A stretch of DNA of 64,000 nucleotides. It comes from Rotaria socialis. Taxonomy: Eukaryota. A program made the translations under genes and the position numbers. Under the pieces are notes generated by a model, which did not search any database, was not told the DNA's origin, and saw only the letters and a list, made by a program, of their open reading frames with translations. Below are positions 34,369 through 46,303 of the stretch, piece by piece. The stretch is from the NCBI GenBank assembly GCA_905331295.1, contig CAJNYD010000223.1, forward strand, positions 124,001 through 188,000, written 5' to 3'. Positions within the stretch are counted from its first letter, which is position 1. Each line of letters begins with the position of its first letter.

Positions 34369-36963
34369 ATGCTTAAAATAAGTATCTTTTATTTTCTATC
34401 TTGTTTAATTGCTTCTGAACTATTTCAACATAATTCTGATCAATCTGATTACGAAAAAAAGAAAAATTATATTGTTCTTTCCGTCATTTTTGGAACAACG
34501 TCTCATGCAAAGCCAATGCTTTACATTGGAGAAGAAATGTCTAAACGAGACCATGAAGTTGTTTATATGGGTACCCCAACAACTATACAATTTGCTAAAT
34601 GATTCAATATTCTGACTATTCCTCTTAAAACTCCTTCAGACATTCAACCTGTTAAAATGTTTACTTCCAATATGATAGATAAAGATGCGCTCATGCTAAA
34701 CGGATATTCAGATGCAAAAATTAAAAAATTGGAAGAAGAAATGGTTGAATTAAGGAGGAGCACAGCCGAACAGGTATCCATTGCCACTTTGATTTCAACA
34801 GGATTTCACCTGGTTGTTGATGAAGCCTATGAAACAGCTGTCTTTGGATTATTGGATGCTTTTGAAAAAAGAAGACCCGACTTGATTATTTGCGATTTTA
34901 TGGGAATGGCTTGTATAGATGTATGCGCTCATCTTCATATACCTTATATGATTATGGTTTTCTCTCTTGCATACATCGACCATCTTGAATTGCCCAAATA
35001 CATTCCCAATCAGCACATTGGTAGATCATTTTTCTCAATTACTTTTTGGAAACGTTTCTATGATAAATTTATTCTTGGTCCTCGTGCTTTTGCGCTCATT
35101 TTTCTTGGAATTCAAAAAATGAATCGAATTTGAACCAAGTACGGATTACGAACATACTATAATCCTCTAAGTAATATTGCGCATCATCATGTTCTTCTGA
35201 CCTGTTTCGTTGGCTGGACTATTCCTCACTTGATCTCACATTTCATTCACACGGTCAGACCCATAATAGGAAAAAACGAACTTGGAAAACAAAATCCTGA
35301 TGATTTATTTCATTGGTTGGAAGAAGCCAGAACATTGAATGAATCAGTTATTCATGTTCCCTCTACTGAAAGGAGGGTATTACGAAAAACGAGTTAAATG
35401 TGTTCGTTCGTAAGTTCGTAAGTTCGCAAGTTCGTAAGTTCGTTCGTCCAATAGGAAAGCAGATGCATAAATTTCACAAATCTCAAACAATATCTGCAGA
35501 GATAGGTTTCACCGAAGGTAATCGGGGTCGGGGAACACGATGGCGTTGTCAGATTTTTTATATTTTGCTTTTCCCTTTTTTTACGAGAGAGAGAGACTTT
35601 TTTACAGAAAAAATTAGTTTAATATAAGGGTTGACCGAAGGTAATCGGGTCCGGGAACACGATGGCGTTGTCAGATTTTTGAAATTATGAAGTTGAAGCA
35701 AGTTTATAATGGGTTACGAGCTGTTTAGATCGTCACATTTTCTTGATAGGAATTCTCTGTAGGGAAATTTTTTGAGGGTACCATTCGATGATGATTATAG
35801 TGTTAGATGTATCGTATGGTTATGTGAGATTTCATTACGAATAGGCATCGTGCGGTGGAATTGATTCTCAATTTGGGAGCGGCTAGCCGNNNNNNNNNNN
35901 NNNNNNNNNNNNNNNNNNNNNNNNNNNNNNNNNNNNNNNNNCTCCGTTATCAAGCTGATCGAAAGTTTTCGGAGCATAGCTTGAGGTGTAGCAGATCGGA
36001 TGCACTTAACTTTACTATTGCCATATAGTATTAGTGAGTACTACTTAAATGCCGTTTTCTGGGTGATACTTCCAAGCATGTTTTCTATTTATGCTCGATT
36101 ATCAATCGTGTTTTCCATGAAAATCATTTCAAAGCTATAAAATGTGAAGTCTCTCAGCTAGATAGTTTAGAATAGGTACGTTCTACATGACTAAATCCTT
36201 TCAGTAGAGGGTCAGCGGCGCTTATGCCGCGTTACTTGTTGCCTTTGGTAGTATTGCCATTCCTTCTAGCGATCATATCAAAGTTCTACTGGATGGATTT
36301 TTTATGGATTCATCCTGTACTTTTCATATAAGAAAAGATTCATCTTCTTTAAGAATCTTATGGTCCTTGAGTGGACTTTCAATGATAAATTTTCCGCTGG
36401 AAACTATAAACAAATACGATGGGTACAATATTCGTTTTGAAGAGTGGGTGCCTCAATTGAATGTCCTTGCTCATGAGTCAGTAAAATTGTTTGTTACACA
36501 TGGCGGAATGGAAAGTATTCATGAAGTACTTTATGTGGGTAAACCATCTATTATCGTACCATTCTTTGGTGACCAGCATGCAAAAGCTGTTTTGAGTCGT
36601 GATCGAGGTCTTGGAGATTTTTTAAACAAGAACACAATGACTTCTATAGATATTTGTAAAAAAGTACACAATCTTATTATCGACTACGGAAATCGCTCTT
36701 CAGAACTCTACCATAATTTTTATAAAATGAGTCGAATTGTTAATTATAATCTCAACAGCTATAAAGAGATTTATAATGTGCTGGAAATGGAAATGGAAAA
36801 TGGATCACAACATCTGATTCCACCTTCTGTTTCATGGATTGTTGCGAATGATGCAGACCTTTGGGCAACTATTTTCGCAATAATATCGATCTCGGTTTAT
36901 GCCATATGGTTTGCATACAAGAAATTATGTAGCAAACAAAAAGTAAAAGTAAAAACTAACTAA
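34369..36963 (+). pseudogene. UDP-glycosyltransferase (GT1/UGT) pseudogene, intronless
   Basis: Signal peptide, GTTSHAKP...RDHEV, PDLIICD, the UGT signature WVPQLNVLAHESVKLFVTHGGMESIHE...PFFGDQ and a C-terminal TM helix plus Lys-rich tail. There are in-frame TGA codons at 34600 and 35131 and an insertion at 35359-36240. Confidence 0.85.
35359..36240 (+). mobile_element. Helentron-associated non-autonomous element (HINE/DINE-1-like) inserted in the UGT gene
   Basis: Subterminal IR CCCTCTACTGAAAGGA / TCCTTTCAGTAGAGGG, 3' hairpin GCGGC-GCTTAT-GCCGC, (GTTC/GTAA) microsatellite and T-rich end ...ACTTGTT. Removing it restores VIHV|AFGS. It contains an assembly gap at 35890-35941. Confidence 0.75.
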
Positions 36964-37344
36964 CGTACAATCAGGTAGAAAACAAAAACTGTCATTTGTC
37001 TTGATTTTTATTACCGCGACTAAATGGAGGGTCATATGAAATAAAATGAGTTTGCTTGCTTGATTGCATGCATCCATGTTCCAGATCACGTGTTCAAATG
37101 TGTCTTGAAAGGTATAAAGTTTGACCGAAGGTAATCGGAGTCGAACAATCCGAATTGGAGTACTAGGTTGAAGAAATATTGTTTGAGGAAAACGATGTTC
37201 AAGTACGAGGTTACTAAAATTGTCTATGTTTGTATTTTTACTAGAGATAGGCTTGCTGCGGATCCACAATAATCATCTGCTGTAAAAGCGTATATCAAGC
37301 AGAGACCAACTAGGCTTGAGTGATGCCCAAACGGACGGTTAGAC

Positions 37345-37622
37345 TAGGGTGTGGGTGTTCAATCTCCTCTACATCCACACCCTCATGTGGATACGACTGA
37401 AACACTCACTCTTTTTCTAGTTTATAGCCTTTTTTTGTCATAGCATATAATCACAAGTATGAGATAGTCAAAATGTGCATATTAAAATAAGATCTGCGTT
37501 ATAAAACGATAAACATCTCGCCTGTGGTCAAGTTTCGAATTCATTATTTCACTTAGGATGAGCTTGTAGGGACCAGGGTGTGAGTGTGGGTGTATTTTCT
37601 TCTCAATAACACCCACACCCTG
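37345..37622. repeat. Two telomere-repeat-bounded mini-elements (37345-37383, 37574-37622)
   Basis: TAGGGTGTGGGTG...CATCCACACCCT and CAGGGTGTGAGTGTGGGTG...CACCCACACCCTG. Confidence 0.7.
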
Positions 37623-38512
37623 AAGCTATCTCAAATAAATGCATCTGTTGATAACTGCTATATACACGTTAGAAGCACTCATTTTTCTTAGATCGATGTA
37701 TGAAATCAGCTAACGTAAAAGCACCTCGAATATCTCTAAGAGATGAATTTGCTGATGTCGCATACAAAAGGACTTCAACTTTGTTTCGAAATTCTCCTTC
37801 GTGCTTCGTCCTATGTCAAAAATTATACAAGGCGAATATCGACATACAGTCCTCTATAACTTTCACACAAATGTCTTCAATCATGAAAAGAATTCCCCCG
37901 AAAGTTTTCGTAGCACTGTGGAGGACTTCTTGAAGTGAACGTCTTTTCAAGAGGCCTGGGAAGGTTAGCGAGGATTTTAAAACTAATCCTTCTTTCATTT
38001 GCGCACAATATTTGTAGAAGGAACCAAATAAGCTACTTTTACCAACTCCTTTTTTCAACAGGAACTTGTTGTTAAATTAAGGATACATAAATTATGATAA
38101 TATTTCAGCACACTTACATAAGCATGAACATAAATTTATCTACACTCACCCTTACCCATATAATCACGTCTTCAATTTTGTAAAGCATTGCTATCTCGGC
38201 TTGCCTCCATAGTTTAGAGAGCCATTCTTTAGATAATACTTTTATCGAAAAAGAGGAATTTAATTAGGAGAGGCCTTTCACTTTCAACTTAATCGTAACT
38301 CAAATATTTTTATTAGTTCCCTGAAAATCTACAAAGAGAGATGGCATGCCCATAATCCTTGTTATTCTTATCTTGAGAGATACTCATTTTTTTAACTAGG
38401 ATTAGTTTCCTACAAATTTTGATAGCATATCTTAATCTTAGTCTAAGAACAAGCCAACAATCACTGACGGTATATAAAAGACGCAAAATTGAGCTAGACA
38501 ATATACAGAAGG

Positions 38513-38977
38513 ATGAAAAATCAGTTATTCATCGTGATCCAGATCATTGGTTGCTTATATCAAGGGTTTGGATTCTCTGATGGACTATGTCCAGCAGGTT
38601 TCTCATGTCGAAACTTCAAAAATAGTTCTCCACCGGCTCCTTGCCCACCGGGTACATTTAGTATCCTTGGTCAACATGACTGTAAACCGTGTGCTCCAGG
38701 CTACTACACGAATCACAGTGCTTCTGAGTCCTGCGAAGCATGTCCAGCAGGTTTTATGTGCCCATTTGCCGATCAAAATCCAGTGGCTTGTCCTGTAGGT
38801 ACATATACTTCTTTTACCAGACAATCATGCTGTTCTCTCTGCCCAGTTGGTACTTACAACACTCGTATTGCATCAACCAATTGCGTAAAATGTCCTGCCG
38901 GTGCCTCGTGTCGTCCAGTCTCTCCACCTAGCTGCGGTGAGTTTAAATTAGAAACTATCTTTAGATCTGTCCAGTAA
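38513..38977 (+). CDS. Secreted cysteine-rich repeat protein (GCC2/GCC3, ephrin-receptor-like/TNFR-like repeats)
   Basis: Signal peptide followed by repeated CP.G.Y/F...C..CP.G units. A likely splice donor lies near 38937, so the true 3' end is uncertain. Confidence 0.8.
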   Translation: MKNQLFIVIQIIGCLYQGFGFSDGLCPAGFSCRNFKNSSPPAPCPPGTFSILGQHDCKPCAPGYYTNHSASESCEACPAGFMCPFADQNPVACPVGTYTSFTRQSCCSLCPVGTYNTRIASTNCVKCPAGASCRPVSPPSCGEFKLETIFRSVQ

Positions 38978-39657
38978 TTTTAGTACGAACTACAATAGCA
39001 CTTGAAAAGGCAACTCTATTAAACTTCTCCCTTATTCTGTTATTTCACGTTTTAATCTACAACTTCAAGGTTCATGTAACATATAGATGCTACCCAATTA
39101 CATTTCTATAAGAATACAATGAAAAAACGATTTTGAGATTCCAAGGTAAAAAAATGATGTCGCATACACTAGAAAACCAAAAACTGGTTTATAACTTTTC
39201 GATGAGAACGAGGCCTTTTTTCTGTGCTATACCCCAATTTTCTTGAAATATAATCTAGTTTAAAGTCGTATGTGAATCTCCGGCGAAAATTTGATGAAAT
39301 TGGTGGTCATTTGCCAATTCTCGGTCACATTGACTGCTTTCTTTGAGTAGTCATGATATTATTGAGAAAGCAAATAAATACTCCAACGCTGAAATTTCAT
39401 GGTTCAAACGCGCCTCAATAATACCAAATTGTACGCACTATCTAATCCGGTGTTGTTGCTTACAAGTCGAAGATTAAATGCTATAAAATGTCGTGTAAAC
39501 TGCTCGACGATAAACAAAAGCTGTTAGCGCAATCCCTGTGGGATTAAAATGTGAAACACGATGAAACTTCTTTGTTGGAACTCGTCTACCACGGTCTGTA
39601 ATCATATATGCAGCTTTTCGGTCACAGTCTGTATGTTGATCTATGAACTCGGTAGAG

Positions 39658-39772
39658 ATCATCACAGAGTGTGACAGAATTTACCTACCATCACAGGCCG
39701 TGACAGAGAAATCACAAACCATCACAGAACGTGACAGAGAATTTACAAACCATCACAGACAGTGGCAGAGAA
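39658..39772. repeat. Short tandem array of ATCACAG..(C/T)GTGACAGAG units (probable transposon subterminal relic)
   Basis: Four imperfect ~30-bp units visible directly. Confidence 0.55.
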
Positions 39773-40506
39773 ATGAATTAATTAACCAATTAGTTAATTA
39801 ATTAATTTCTCTGTCCCGGTCTGTGGGGGTGGGGGGTGGGGGATGGGTCCAAATTTCTACCCTATATACTTCAACACTCCTTTCAGATCGTGTTTCACAA
39901 AAGTTAGTAGTCAATTCGAGTTTTTCCAAAGATGATTCATTTCGATGGTTAAGTCACAAAAACACAATAGTCAGCTATGTGCATCTCACTGTACTCTATT
40001 CTATGGTATATGCGACTCTGATATACAAGGCACTATGATGCCAATATTACAAAAACTAGCGAGAACCCGTCCATACTTCTCGGCTGTTTTCTCCTTTAAT
40101 TTATGATCGTATACCTTGAATCATTTATCTGGTAACACATATAGATAGACAGTCTTCGACCTTATAGCCTCATATATGCTGTAAATCTTAGAGTCATATC
40201 TCTTTATTATCTTACATCCTTGAGAATCTATCAATACCCCAATATAATAGCCCTGTTGCTTTCCAGTGCAGCGTTATTAGAACTTTAGCATTTGACCTTC
40301 GAACCGGCACATATGTTTGTTTGTCTTTTCTAGATTGCTTTTTCATTTGATAAAAAAACAATTGAGTTCATCAAATGTTTTAGCTTTACTGAATTAATAA
40401 TAAATTTTATTTTTAATTATTGTCGCATGATTTATTTTGGTATGAGGTGTTTACTTTACGGCGCTCACCGTCTTATTTATACCGAGTTATCTGATAACTC
40501 ATGAGA

Positions 40507-40617
40507 AGGGTGTGGGTGTGGGTGTGGGTGCGGGTTTAAATAGTCACTTCATTCATCCACAACCACACCCACCCACATCCACTCACACCCACACCCACAC
40601 CCAAAATATGGGTGTGG
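40507..40617. repeat. Telomere-repeat-bounded mini-element, same subfamily as 27588
   Basis: Core GGGTTTAAATAGTCACTTCATTCATCCACAACCACACCC. Confidence 0.8.
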
Positions 40618-41277
40618 TAGTTTTGAAGGATGGCATTTCGAATGTACATGAATAGAATGAAAATATTAAATTTCCGCCAGTGCCTAATATACTAGGCTAA
40701 TCCTCGGTATTCTCACGGATGTTCTCGTAAATGCTAATCTACGTAGTTCATCTTTCAAATTCACTCCGAATACAGCTCTCTCCACGATCGATACCTTTGA
40801 CATCGGTTTCTAAGGCGAACTAAGTTGCGTCTTTAAAATGCAATTATTAAAAGCAGGAAAAATAATTTCACAGAGCAGCGTTTGTAAAAAGCCCAACCCA
40901 GTTTGGAACGATATTGACTCTTATAATGTGTATTTCTACTCGTGGATAACATTTTTCGTATCCTATTAGCGTCTGACACCTTTGTTTTCTTTGTAGATTA
41001 AACGGTCTAATGCATAAAAATATAGAACTGCCACTATATTATTCAAAACCTTTATTCTTCTATAGTAGGATAAGTAATACGACTTTTAAATTCTGTTCTC
41101 GCACGTGTATGAAAAAATTGCAAAAATCATTCTACAGCTTTCTTTATTTTGAAGAGCTAAAATTTAATTAATCGATCTATTCCTCGTACCAATCCTGTCT
41201 GTCATAGGAAACTAGAGCAGCAATTAGTCCACTGTTTTCAACTTATTACAATTGCTCATTTAAAAAATCCACAACTC

Positions 41278-41796
41278 ATGGCAACAAACTCGTCGTATTC
41301 TCAAAAAGTGCTCAACTGCCGTGGTCGTGCTTGTGCTAAATGTGGTTACTGCCGTGATTGGTACTACACACCTCATCATCCTACGAAGATTTATACAAAG
41401 CGTCAGGATGCAATCTGCACTTCTGCTTATGCTTATGGTCATCGTGGTTTTGGTCCTGGTTGTGGTGGTTGCTGTCTTTGTTGTGTTGCTCACATTCCTT
41501 TTGGTAATCTTTGTTCTCGTCCTTATTATGGTGGTAGTGGTTTTCTTCGTGGTGGTCTTAATTATAATATTCAGACTCTTGCTGGTGTTGATCATGCTGC
41601 TCGTCGTCGCCGTAATAATGCTGTTGGTGTTGCTACTCATGTTGATCTTGTTCTTGGTAGTATGTTTCGTGATGTTACTGTTTTTGCTAATGGTATCGCT
41701 GATCTTACTGATGATACTCTTAATGCTCGTATTGCTCTTGGTCGTGCTCATCATGATGATGGCCGTTTGTGTGAATGTAGTGACAATCAGCAGTAA
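41278..41796 (+). CDS. Small Cys-framed protein with an NNT-codon central region (unknown function)
   Basis: ATG-initiated 172-aa intronless ORF with an N-terminal C-x4-C-x2-C-x2-CRDW motif, a C-terminal LCEC and a central region in which 108 of 114 codons end in T. Confidence 0.65.
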   Translation: MATNSSYSQKVLNCRGRACAKCGYCRDWYYTPHHPTKIYTKRQDAICTSAYAYGHRGFGPGCGGCCLCCVAHIPFGNLCSRPYYGGSGFLRGGLNYNIQTLAGVDHAARRRRNNAVGVATHVDLVLGSMFRDVTVFANGIADLTDDTLNARIALGRAHHDDGRLCECSDNQQ

Positions 41797-42972
41797 CTGT
41801 CCTTTAGTGGCGCTGAAAGTGTTTTTGTAGTTTTCATTATTAGTTGAAGAAATAGAGCATATTAAGGGAACGATTGTAGTCCCTTTGTCCGATGTGGATC
41901 AGTCTGACGAAAGTCTCATGAATGTTCATTTGTGTTAACTAACAGTTTCATTACTTATTTTATGTGTATGGCAATTGCTAATCAATAGTCTTAATTATTC
42001 GAAAAGTTTGAGTTTGGCGATGATTGTTCCTCTCAAGAAGTATGATAAATAATATTGAGGGTAACAATCGGTGTTGATTGCCAAGTGAGATCTTTGTCAT
42101 GTTTATAATGAAGATTGGTTTTATAGTTGAGTATTTTACCCATTTTCAATATCAATAAAATATCTGCTTTATAGCTCGTGTCTTCATATGATAAATACAT
42201 TAAATTTGACTTGGAGGAATTAATAGCTTGGGTATCCTATGTAAATCAGAAAGAATTGAACGGTGAGAACAGTTAATATTACTGGTTACGTCTTACCTTA
42301 AGGAACTCGTCACGTAATTTTATCCCTAGTCCCATTCAAACAGATCAAGTTGAGACTGTTTACTCTGTTACAAATTCAATTATCTAAACCAAATCCACAA
42401 TTGCAATTTCAGAACACGATGACATATTGCTTGAATTAAAAGCTATACTTGTTTCACGTGAACCAGACATTAGTCTAAAAGTAGCGAAGTAGTGCACATT
42501 AAAGATGCTGATCAATCACTTTCATCCTTAAAAGGTTCAATAGTAGTGATAAATTATTTGACTTACGAGGGAAGGTCCCTGGGTGTTTCTCTGGGATTTC
42601 AATGAAACCTATGTGGGTTTGTGAGGCTCAGTGTTAGTATCTCAAATACAGTAAAATTAGCGGCTGAGATTAATCGGTTCAAAAAGTTTGCAATAAAAAC
42701 ATTTTTTACTTAGAATCCCGAGGCGAACCACAGGTAAATGCTTTTGACTAAGAAAGTTCACAAAAAAGTTGAAATACCCGGCTTAGTTTTTAACTCTAAT
42801 TCCAAATATATTACTGGTTTTCACTCATGCTGTATTCGTCTCACCAAAAGTTGCAAATTATATGTCAAAAAAAGTAGAAAATGATATCTTAACATTAATC
42901 TTTCACGAAGTTCGTAAATTACGAATCTTTTAGGAGTTTAAAAAATGCATGACTTCATAATGTTTCAAAGGC

Positions 42973-43032
42973 AGGTGTGAGTGTGAGTGCGGGTGTGAGA
43001 GCAAATGGTAACCACATCCACACCCACACCCT
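42973..43032. repeat. Telomere-repeat-bounded mini-element
   Basis: AGGTGTGAGTGTGAGTGCGGGTGTGAG...CACATCCACACCCACACCCT. Confidence 0.65.
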
Positions 43033-43286
43033 CTGTTACTATTGAGTGTTAAGTAAAGCCGCTCAGTTGAGTCTCTTAATTAACTTAAATAACTCAGATT
43101 AAAATCAACCGTCCACCCCTAGTAAAACCTACTGAGTATTGATCAGAGTTTACGAAACATTCCTCCCACATTCGGCCTATTTCCCTAAGTATGACGACTT
43201 CGATACCCTGACATATAACTATATGTTATCAGTTGAGGGATTTAAGCTTCTTTGGTGTATTGCCATTAGGATGCCGAAGTCGTTAC

Positions 43287-43625
43287 TAGAGGTGGACCGT
43301 TGATTTTAATTTGAGTTAATTAAGAGAGTTAATTAAGTAGTTTTACTTAACACTCAATATTAAGAAAAAAACGTTTACTTTAGCGACTTAATTACTTAAT
43401 ATTAAGTGGGTAATCTACACATTTTTTTCTTAATATTAAGTGCTCTAGCAATACTTAATTTTTAAAATTAAGTGCTTCGTTAACACTTAATATTAAAAAT
43501 TAAGTATTGCGTTAACGCTTAATATTAAGTAATTAAGTCGCTAATGTAAACGTTTTCTTCTTAATATTAAGTGTTAAGTTAAAACTTAACACTTAATATT
43601 AAATTAACCTAAAGTGCCACCCCTA
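43287..43625. mobile_element. hAT-type MITE (TTAA-rich)
   Basis: Termini TAGAGGTGG...CCACCCCTA with 8-bp TSD GTCGTTAC/GTCATTAC. An inverted partial copy lies at ~43040-43122. Confidence 0.8.
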
Positions 43626-44027
43626 GTCATTACCCTAAGAGCAATATACCAAGATGAACTCGATGGGCATTACAGCATATACGCCGCCTTAAAGAATCCT
43701 TGTATGTTAAATATAATAGGTAAAGTATGCTCTTTCTGAAAACTCCTAACCTACAGAGATGAACAAAGATAGTTTGTGTCGCTCGATAGGTAAACCTATT
43801 TTCATACCCACCATACACCCTCACCCCGATTTTTCTCCCACAAATAAAGTCTAATTTTGTTAACCAAGCTGTTTCACTTGAAACCTTCCAACTCCCTATC
43901 GAAAATTTTTATCTTCACTTGTATATGCATTGCATTTATTAGTTTGTAATGTGTTATCAAAAGTAAGGTAACGATACATTTTCGTGCTTATCTTGCATGA
44001 AAAACACAACATGGACGTCAGGTAGAC

Positions 44028-44295
44028 TAGGGGTGGTAAATTTACATTAATTTAAAATTAACGTTAACGTCTAAGTTAATTAACGCTGTTAATTAACTCG
44101 CGTTTAATAAAATGGTTCAGCCCTGGGGTGGTAAGCTTACGTTCATTGTGAATTAAGGTTAACTAAAAGCATTAACCATTAATATCAATGGTTAACGGTT
44201 TTGGTCAAAGCGTTAATCCGTTAATATTAACGGTTAACGCTTTTATTTTATTAACGGCGTTAATTAATTCGCATTAAATTAAATGGTCCAGCCCT
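44028..44295. mobile_element. Tandem hAT-like MITE relics (TAGGGGTGG...CAGCCCT)
   Basis: Two related GGGGTGGTAA...ATGGT(T/C)CAGCCCT units rich in TTAAC. Confidence 0.55.
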
Positions 44296-44566
44296 AAAAT
44301 AGATGTGTTACCAGTAGTGTCAAACTTGAAACTTGAATCCTACAGAAACTTCAAGTTTCAAGTAGCGACTATTCAATTATTAACGTTTCCGATTTTCAGA
44401 CATTGATTTTTCATAGACTTCAACCAGTACGCTTCGTCAGCGTAGTTTGATATTCCCTGTATGTATTTTTGTTATGTGTCCGTCTGACATGACACCCATA
44501 CTAGAGTCTCCCTGTATGCATGTTTGTTACATCCAATCCCTCAAATTTATTTCTGGAGCCGTGCAT

Positions 44567-45060
44567 TAGGGATGCACCGAGGCCGAGATAAAACGGAGAC
44601 TTGCGGTCTCGATCAATATATGCTTTGCCTTGGCCTTCCTTGCATTTTATTTTGTTGTGGATGTGCGTTTGGAGTAGGGGTGTCAATGTACACTTTATTT
44701 AATTTAATTTTAACTTCGTGAAAAGTTAATATTAATTTTAAATTAAATTCTATAAAGTTAAATTTAAAATAAATTAAAATTTTTCTCATACAAAAATTTT
44801 AATTTAATTCAAATTTAATTTTTGAAAATTTTTTTCTCGATTTAATAAATTTTTTTAAATTTAAATGTGACACTCCTAGTCCTGGTACGGAAAAAACCAT
44901 GTGTTAATCAATCACCAATAATTAACATAGATGCACGTATGCATCTTAGATGACAGTTACACCTCTTGGAGTGATTATTTGTAACCTAGACCGACATTTA
45001 ATGATATCAGACTGAGACTGACCGAGACCGAGACCGAGAACTAAGTATCGGTACATCTCC
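44567..45060. mobile_element. Ac-like hAT relic containing a nested AT-rich MITE (44675-44878)
   Basis: Outer ends TAGGGATGCACCGA...TCGGTACATCTCC with CCGAGA subterminal repeats; inner ends TAGGGGTGTCA...TGACACTCCTA. Confidence 0.55.
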
Positions 45061-45531
45061 ACCTGATATTATCGATCAGGGTATAATAAAGGCAAAAAGG
45101 TGCTTGTATATTTCAACAGAATTCGATTATATTTAATTAGAAGCTCAATAACTTTAAAGCAAGCGTAATGGCGCTAAGCGCCCAGTCCTCATTCCGGTAA
45201 CACCGCTATGAAAGAAGTATTTCACCTCTCTATTTCTATCCAAATATCAATCAAACTTTGTGATCGTGGTCCCCCGATACTGGTCCCTTAGAGACAACCA
45301 GAGACAAGTGCAGGAGAATATTTTCTGTCCTGTCTTGTGCACAACTTTGGTGACATGATTGCTTTCTGAAAAACTACCAGTTTGTTTACATTTCCAGTTA
45401 AAAGTAACGGGTACAACGCAAAATCTTTACAGTAACTCTTTCAAAATGTAAAAAAAAGTCGAATACTTTCAGTTTTAGCTGGAAAGCACTAGGTCCTACC
45501 AACCCCAATTTGTATTCCGGTTTGCATCAGC

Positions 45532-45584
45532 TAGGGTTGGCATTTTAATTTTAACATTTAAAATAAAGTTAAAGTGCCACCCTA
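45532..45584. mobile_element. 53-bp minimal hAT-like derivative
   Basis: TAGGGTTGGCA...TGCCACCCTA; same end family as 43287-43625, no clean TSD. Confidence 0.5.
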
Positions 45585-46303
45585 GTCTTAACATAATTCT
45601 AGCACATTATTTTTGTCGATCAACTAAGACACTTAATGCGTTTAGATAAATATGATCTTCATAAGTCTATGCTTTCTCTACGTATATTACCTCGCTACGC
45701 AATAATCAACTTACTAAAATCAAAGAGAAGCAAGTTGGTGATATATTAACTACGAAACTGTAGGAAAATTTTGATGTTGTCCTCAGTAAAAGGAATTAAA
45801 AGTACGCACGTAGACCATTATGCAGAGAATTGAATTTAGTATACAATAATATGGAGGTCAGCATAAAAAGTTTTTTGTTAGAGAATCTGAAATTCATCTT
45901 TTGAAGAGTTTAAAACCTATTTTAGTTACAGCTGCCTATTTTTAAGAAAAAGAATTAATTTCTTAATCAGCGACTTCTCATGTTGCGTGAGCAAGCCGAT
46001 CCTCCATTTTTATAAGTAAATGTCATCAAGAGAGTATAGTAAACAATTTAAAAGATCCTAGTAGTTAATTAAGCTATAATGAATCACACATCCCACTTAT
46101 GCAGTTTCTGCATATAAAATCGACTTTTCATTCGATAATTTCTCGTTTGCTTGAATTTACAACATCGCCAATCAGGAGCATAAATCTGCACCCTTGAGTT
46201 TAGTACATTTGTAGTATTGGATTATGGTTCGTTTCTAGAATTTCTATTGCAAACATTATTCAATTGTGATTAAAATCGTAAAAAATAAATCAGCTAAAAT
46301 ACT

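Noticed and set aside
34600..35133. In-frame TGA codons as selenocysteine or readthrough
   Set aside because: The gene is also disrupted by an insertion, no SECIS was identified, and nonsense mutation is simpler.
41260..41830. Overlapping hydrophobic ORF (41321-41830 +) and Thr/Lys-rich antisense ORF (41260-41754 -) as separate genes
   Set aside because: Both follow automatically from T at every third base (NTN codons are hydrophobic, ANN codons cannot be stops). Only the Cys-framed frame has a structured, non-periodic N-terminus.
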